Below are positions 59,565 through 64,000 of a stretch of 64,000 nucleotides of DNA, in pieces (the stretch's first letter is position 1; every line of letters starts with the position of its first letter). Both the position numbers and the translations under genes were made by a program. This stretch comes from Clostridia bacterium (GTDB taxonomy: Bacteria; Bacillota; Clostridia; Oscillospirales; CAG-382), in contig JAFYKY010000012.1 of NCBI GenBank assembly GCA_017537345.1, positions 134,665 to 198,664 of the forward strand, given 5' to 3'. Under the pieces are notes generated by a model. That model saw only the letters and a list, made by a program, of their open reading frames with translations, did no database searches and was not told the origin of the DNA.

Positions 59565-60217
59565 TATTTTGCTCCGTTTACCGCAAGGTAATTTTTAATT
59601 CTTTCTACGTTTTCTTTGTTGCTTTCGTCTTCTTCAAGGTATTCTATAATATCGTAAACGTCAACTATAGAATATACGGGGAAACCAAACTGTTCTTCAA
59701 TTTCCTGCATTGCGCCTTTTTCGGACTGACCTTTTTCTTTTCTGTCAACCATAATAAAGGTTGCGGCAACCTTAACACCTTCAAGGTGGGAAAGGATCTC
59801 CATACTCTCACGTATAGCGGTGCCTGCGGTGATAACGTCTTCGATAATTACCACTTCTTCGCCTGCCTGGGGAACGTAGCCCACAAAAACTCCGCCTTCG
59901 CCGTGGTCTTTCACTTCTTTTCTGTTAAAGAAGAAGGGAACGTTAAGTCCGTTTTTGGAAAGCGCTACCGCCGCAGAAACGGAAAGGGAAATTCCCTTGT
60001 ATGCGGGGCCGTAAAGCACAGCATTCTTTTCGCCAAGCTTTTCAAAATATGCCTTTGCGTAAAATTCGCCAAGGGTTGCAATATCGTTTCCGGTCTTTAT
60101 CATACCTGCGTTAATGAAATAGGGTATCTTTCTGCCGCTTTTTGCGGTGAAATCACCGAATTTAAGTACGCCTGCTTTTTGCAAAAACTGTATAAACTCT
60201 CTCTTGTAGCTTTCCAT
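59564..60217 (-). CDS. pyrE: orotate phosphoribosyltransferase
   Basis: 217 aa. FGDFTAKSGRKIPYF, VVIIEDVITAGTA. Confidence 0.92.
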   Translation of the reverse strand: MESYKREFIQFLQKAGVLKFGDFTAKSGRKIPYFINAGMIKTGNDIATLGEFYAKAYFEKLGEKNAVLYGPAYKGISLSVSAAVALSKNGLNVPFFFNRKEVKDHGEGGVFVGYVPQAGEEVVIIEDVITAGTAIRESMEILSHLEGVKVAATFIMVDRKEKGQSEKGAMQEIEEQFGFPVYSIVDVYDIIEYLEEDESNKENVERIKNYLAVNGAK

Positions 60218-60231
60218 ATCTTTTCTCCTTT

Positions 60232-60930
60232 TTAGCCTACGAATTCATTTACGCATCTGTTGTATGCGGCAACGGGGTCGGGTGCGGCGGTAATGGGTCT
60301 GCCTACCACGATGTAATCGGAGCCTATCTCCTTTGCCTGTGCGGGGGTCATAACACGCTTCTGATCGCCGATATCGCCGTCTGCAAAGCGCACACCGGGG
60401 GTTACGGTAACAAAATCCTTACCGCAAGAGTCGTGAACCTTTTGGGATTCCAGAGGGGAGCAAACCACACCGTCAAGTCCCGCATTCTTTGCGGTAAGTG
60501 CGTAGTGCATAACCACGTCTGCAATAGGCTCTTTTATAAGCATATCCTTTTCCATACTCTCCTGATCAGTGGAGGTAAGCTGTGTAACCGCAATAAGTAT
60601 GGGGCGGGTTCCGTCGGGACGGGTAAGACCCTCCAACGCGCCCTCCATCATACGGGTGGTGCCTGCGGCGTGAAGGTTTGTCATATCCACGTCAAGACGG
60701 GAAAGAACTGCCATCGCCTTTTTTACGGTGTTGGGAATATCGTGAAGCTTAAGATCAAGGAATATCTTGTGTCCGCGGCGCTTTATCTCTTTTACAATGG
60801 AAGGACCTTCCGCATAGTAAAGCTCCATACCGATCTTAACAAAAGGCTTTACGTCCGTAAATTTATCAAGAAACGCAAAGGTTTTTTCCGCGCTGTCAAA
60901 ATCACATGCAATAATTACGTCTTTTCCCAT
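60232..60930 (-). CDS. pyrF: orotidine 5'-phosphate decarboxylase
   Basis: 232 aa. [25 protein letters not shown]. Confidence 0.92.
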   Translation of the reverse strand: MGKDVIIACDFDSAEKTFAFLDKFTDVKPFVKIGMELYYAEGPSIVKEIKRRGHKIFLDLKLHDIPNTVKKAMAVLSRLDVDMTNLHAAGTTRMMEGALEGLTRPDGTRPILIAVTQLTSTDQESMEKDMLIKEPIADVVMHYALTAKNAGLDGVVCSPLESQKVHDSCGKDFVTVTPGVRFADGDIGDQKRVMTPAQAKEIGSDYIVVGRPITAAPDPVAAYNRCVNEFVG

Positions 60931-60932
60931 TT

Positions 60933-61844
60933 TTATTTAACTCCTCCGATAATATCTTTCAAATTTTCTATTCCGTATTTTTCCATTGCTTTGGGCAGAT
61001 TTTCAATTATATTTTTGCAGGCGCAAGGGTCAACAAGGTTTGCGCTTCCCACCTCAACAGCGGTGGCGCCTGCCATCATCATTTCCAAAACATCCTCGGC
61101 GGTTTCAATTCCGCCCAAGCCGATAACGGGAATGTTTACCGCTTTTGCAACCTGATACACCATTCTCACCGCCACGGGGAACAAAGCGGGGCCGGAGTAA
61201 CCGCCCATAGTGTTTGCGATGATGGGCTTGCGGTTACGCAGGTTTATTCTCATTCCCAGCAGGGTGTTTATAAGGCTCACACCGTCTGCCCCTGCGTCCT
61301 CGCAGGCTTTGGCAATAGAAGCAATATCCGTTACGTTGGGGGTAAGCTTTGCGATAACCGGCTTGCTTACCTCTTTTTTTACTGCGCTTATCACTTCGTA
61401 TGCACCCTTGGGGTCGGAACCGAAGTTAACACCCCCTGCGTGCACGTTGGGACAGCTTATATTCACTTCAAGCCAGCCCACCTGCTCTTCGTTATCAAGA
61501 CGCTTGCACACCGTAACGTAATCGGAAACGGAAAATCCGCCTACGTTTGCCATTACGGGCTTGTTGAATACCTTTTTAAGTTTGGGCAGTTCTTCGGAAA
61601 TAACCTTGTCAATACCGGGGTTTTGCAGTCCCACCGCATTAATAAGCCCTGCCTTGCATTCCGCAATTCTGGGGGTGGGGTTTCCGAATCGGGGCTCCAG
61701 TGTAGTACCCTTGAAGGAAAATGTGCCAAGCACGTTTATATCGTAATACTGTGCAAATTCATAACCGAACCCAAAGGTTCCCGAAGCGGGTATAACGGGA
61801 TTATCTAAGTCTATACCGCAAAGGTTAACGCTTAATTTTCCCAT
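60933..61844 (-). CDS. pyrD: dihydroorotate dehydrogenase B, catalytic subunit
   Basis: ATG 61844 preferred (GAAGGAGGAG RBS; [27 protein letters not shown]). NISCPN. Overlaps the pyrK end. Confidence 0.92.
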   Translation of the reverse strand: MGKLSVNLCGIDLDNPVIPASGTFGFGYEFAQYYDINVLGTFSFKGTTLEPRFGNPTPRIAECKAGLINAVGLQNPGIDKVISEELPKLKKVFNKPVMANVGGFSVSDYVTVCKRLDNEEQVGWLEVNISCPNVHAGGVNFGSDPKGAYEVISAVKKEVSKPVIAKLTPNVTDIASIAKACEDAGADGVSLINTLLGMRINLRNRKPIIANTMGGYSGPALFPVAVRMVYQVAKAVNIPVIGLGGIETAEDVLEMMMAGATAVEVGSANLVDPCACKNIIENLPKAMEKYGIENLKDIIGGVK

Positions 61845-62566
61845 AATATCTCCTCCTTCTTCATAACGGGTCCTTCCTTGCATATACGCTTGTAGCCGGT
61901 TATTGTCTTGCAGGAGCATCCCATGCAAGCGCCGAAACCGCAGCCCATACGCTCCTCAAAGCTGAAATATCCATGAGTATGGGAAGTTTTATACACCGCT
62001 TTAAGCATAGGCTCGGGTCCGCAGGTGTAAAAGCAGGTGTAATCAACATCCTTCATAGCCTCGGTTACAAAACCTTTAATACCGTAGCTTCCGTCTGCGG
62101 TGGTCACGTATACCTTACAGCCCAGTGAAACAAAATCCTTTTCGCAAAAAACTTCGTTTTCCTTGTTAAAGCCCAGTATTACAGTAACCTCTTTCCCTTC
62201 GGCAATAAGCTGTTTTGCCAGCATATAGAGGGGAGGCACACCTACACCGCCGCCGATCAGCAAAGGCTTTTCCCCGCTGTCTTCGGTTACGTAGCCGTTG
62301 CCCAGACCTGTCATAATATCCAGTTCCCCTTTTTGCATACGGGAAAGTCTTTCTGTGCCCTCGCCCACAACCTTATAAATAATGGTTACGGTGTCCTCCG
62401 TCATATCGTGGACGGATATAGGGCGGCGCAGATACAGACCGTCTATTTTTATGTTTATAAACTGCCCGGGGGCGGTTATATGGCTTACGTCCCCGTACAG
62501 CACCATTTTATATACGTTTTCCGTAAGGGGAAGATTGCTTATGATACGAAAAATTCCCGTTTTCAT
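61832..62566 (-). CDS. pyrK: dihydroorotate dehydrogenase B, electron-transfer subunit
   Basis: 244 aa. FAD/NAD-binding fold. C-terminal 2Fe-2S motif CGFGACMGCSC. Confidence 0.9.
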   Translation of the reverse strand: MKTGIFRIISNLPLTENVYKMVLYGDVSHITAPGQFINIKIDGLYLRRPISVHDMTEDTVTIIYKVVGEGTERLSRMQKGELDIMTGLGNGYVTEDSGEKPLLIGGGVGVPPLYMLAKQLIAEGKEVTVILGFNKENEVFCEKDFVSLGCKVYVTTADGSYGIKGFVTEAMKDVDYTCFYTCGPEPMLKAVYKTSHTHGYFSFEERMGCGFGACMGCSCKTITGYKRICKEGPVMKKEEILWEN

Positions 62567-62584
62567 AGTAAATTCCTCTCTTTT

Positions 62585-62689
62585 TTAATGATGAACTATA
62601 AACTATGAACTTCGGTAGCTTTTTTCGCGAATAAACGCGAAAAAAGGTTTCCATTCGTTCCTCGTTTCTCGTTCCTAGTTCCTCGTTAA
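62585..62689. repeat. modular repeat, CGCG subfamily, between carB and pyrK; bounded by TTAA
   Basis: TTAATGATGAACTATAAACTATGAAC. TTCGGTAGCTTTTTTCGCG-aataaa-CGCGAAAAAAGGTTTCCATT. CGTTCCT CGTTTCT CGTTCCT AGTTCCT CG TTAA. Termini TTAATGATGAACT and TTAACGAGGAACT are inverted repeats. Confidence 0.85.
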
Positions 62690-62692
62690 ACT

Positions 62693-64000
62693 TTATGCAT
62701 CAATAGTAGAAATAGTAAGCGTAATATCTTCCAATACATCCAGCAGCGCGCCCACGGTATCAAGAGATGTAAACATCGTTACGTTGTTTTCAACTGCGGC
62801 ACGGCGGATCTCATGTCCGTCATTAAGCTGTCCCGCAGAATCAATGTTACGGGTGTTGATAACGTACGCAATGTGACCCTGACGGATGGAATTGGGTATT
62901 TCATCGCTGTTTTCGCTTATCTTTTTAAGCACTCTGGTGCGTATGCCGTTTTCCTTAAGGAATTTTGCCGTGCCTGCGGTAGCCTCTATATTAAAGCCAA
63001 GGTTATAGAAACGGCGGATAAGGGGAAGTGCTTCTTCCTTGTCCTGATCAGAAATGGTGGCAAACACGGTGCCGTAGTTTTGCAGGTGCATACCGCTTGC
63101 CTGCAAAGCCTTATAAAGTGCGCGGTGGAAGTTGTCATCGTAACCGATCGCTTCACCGGTGGATTTCATTTCGGGGGAAAGGTATGCGTCTATACCGTGA
63201 ATCTTGTTAAAGGAGAATACGGGCGCTTTTACGTAATGACGCTTCTTTTCGTCGGGATAAATGCCGAAAATGCCCTGCTCCTTAAGGCTTACACCCAAAA
63301 TTACCTCGGTTGCGATATCCGCAAGGGAATATCCCGTTGCCTTGGAAAGGAAGGGAACGGTACGGGAGGAACGGGGGTTAACCTCAATAATATATACGTT
63401 TTCGTCCTTATCAACGATAAACTGAATGTTAAACAGACCCACAATGCCTATTCCCAAGCCCAGCATCTTGGAATAACGGAGTATGGTAGCCTTAACCTTA
63501 TCGGAAATGCTGTAGGTGGGATATACGCTTATAGAGTCGCCGGAGTGGATACCCGTTCTTTCAACCAGCTCCATAATACCGGGAACGAATACGTTTATAC
63601 CGTCGCAGATAGCGTCAACCTCTACCTCTTTACCCTGAATATATTTATCGACCAATACGGGCTTGTCTTCGTCTATTTCAACTGCGCTCTTAAGATACTG
63701 GCGGAGCTGCTGCTCGTTTGCAACTATCTGCATAGCTCTTCCGCCCAGAACGAAGGAGGGACGTACCAGAACGGGGTAGCCTATCTCTGCGGCGGTCTTA
63801 ACGCCGTCCTCGATATTGGTTACCGCCTTGCCCTGAGGCTGGGGAATATTAAGCTCTGCAAGTATTTTTTCAAAGCTGTCACGGTTTTCTGCGCGCTCAA
63901 TAGCGGCGCAATCGGTACCGATAATGTTTACACCTCTGTCAACAAGGGGCTGTGCGAGGTTTATTGCAGTCTGACCGCCGAGGGATGCGATAACGCCCAT
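62693..64000 (-). CDS. carB: carbamoyl-phosphate synthase large subunit, C-terminal part (gene continues beyond the window)
   Basis: 435 aa shown. Second ATP-grasp (GYPVLVRPSFVLGGRAM, IIEVNPRSSRT) and C-terminal MGS-like allosteric domain. Confidence 0.95.
   Translation of the reverse strand: MGVIASLGGQTAINLAQPLVDRGVNIIGTDCAAIERAENRDSFEKILAELNIPQPQGKAVTNIEDGVKTAAEIGYPVLVRPSFVLGGRAMQIVANEQQLRQYLKSAVEIDEDKPVLVDKYIQGKEVEVDAICDGINVFVPGIMELVERTGIHSGDSISVYPTYSISDKVKATILRYSKMLGLGIGIVGLFNIQFIVDKDENVYIIEVNPRSSRTVPFLSKATGYSLADIATEVILGVSLKEQGIFGIYPDEKKRHYVKAPVFSFNKIHGIDAYLSPEMKSTGEAIGYDDNFHRALYKALQASGMHLQNYGTVFATISDQDKEEALPLIRRFYNLGFNIEATAGTAKFLKENGIRTRVLKKISENSDEIPNSIRQGHIAYVINTRNIDSAGQLNDGHEIRRAAVENNVTMFTSLDTVGALLDVLEDITLTISTIDA

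Noticed and set aside
62567-62692. PyrR-binding attenuators in the pyr operon spacers and the pyrR leader (19813-19860).
   Set aside because: I could not find the PyrR binding-loop consensus (…TCCAGAGAGG…) or a terminator/antiterminator pair. The carB-pyrK spacer is filled by the modular repeat instead. The true operon leader lies beyond 64000.

Overview
This is a chromosomal window from a Clostridia-type Firmicute. That assignment is an inference from content and synteny: spoIIE, a pdaA-like deacetylase, ymcA-miaB next to mutS-mutL, dxs-tlyA-nadK-argR-recN, and a pyrK/pyrD-B type pyr operon. There are about 52 protein genes, almost all housekeeping (proS, hisS, aspS, cysK, ackA, tgt, mutS, mutL, miaB, recN, dxs, carB-pyrKDFEB, pyrR), plus envelope and transport modules. 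I saw no rRNA, tRNA, CRISPR array, integrase or prophage. The unusual content is non-coding. (1) A strongly promoted ~620-nt ORF-free structured RNA lies at 7262-7882. By size, and by the downstream oapA-like/dxs/tlyA/nadK/argR/recN cluster, it is most likely an OLE RNA, here separated from its membrane partner by a 1.7-kb insertion. (2) That insertion carries a REP-associated tyrosine transposase (RAYT) gene containing three in-frame copies of the same GTAG-hairpin REP found intergenically. (3) There are REP doublets (REPINs) and a very dense modular repeat family, about 18 loci covering roughly 4 percent of the window. The family is built from two further covarying hairpin modules flanked by inverted arrays of 7-nt tandem repeats. 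Copies are nested in each other's loops, sit inside operons right after stop codons and next to ribosome-binding sites, and supply or abut the stop codons of pyrR, the mgsA-like gene and hisS. (4) A TPP riboswitch with terminator precedes thiT. Smaller oddities are PyrB fused to a PyrI-type zinc domain, a catalytically degenerate MGS-like protein beside an orphan MinD-like ATPase, an XRE-XRE/SLOG mini-island, and a 119-bp convergent gene overlap. The function of the repeats is unknown. All family assignments are by eye and need database confirmation.
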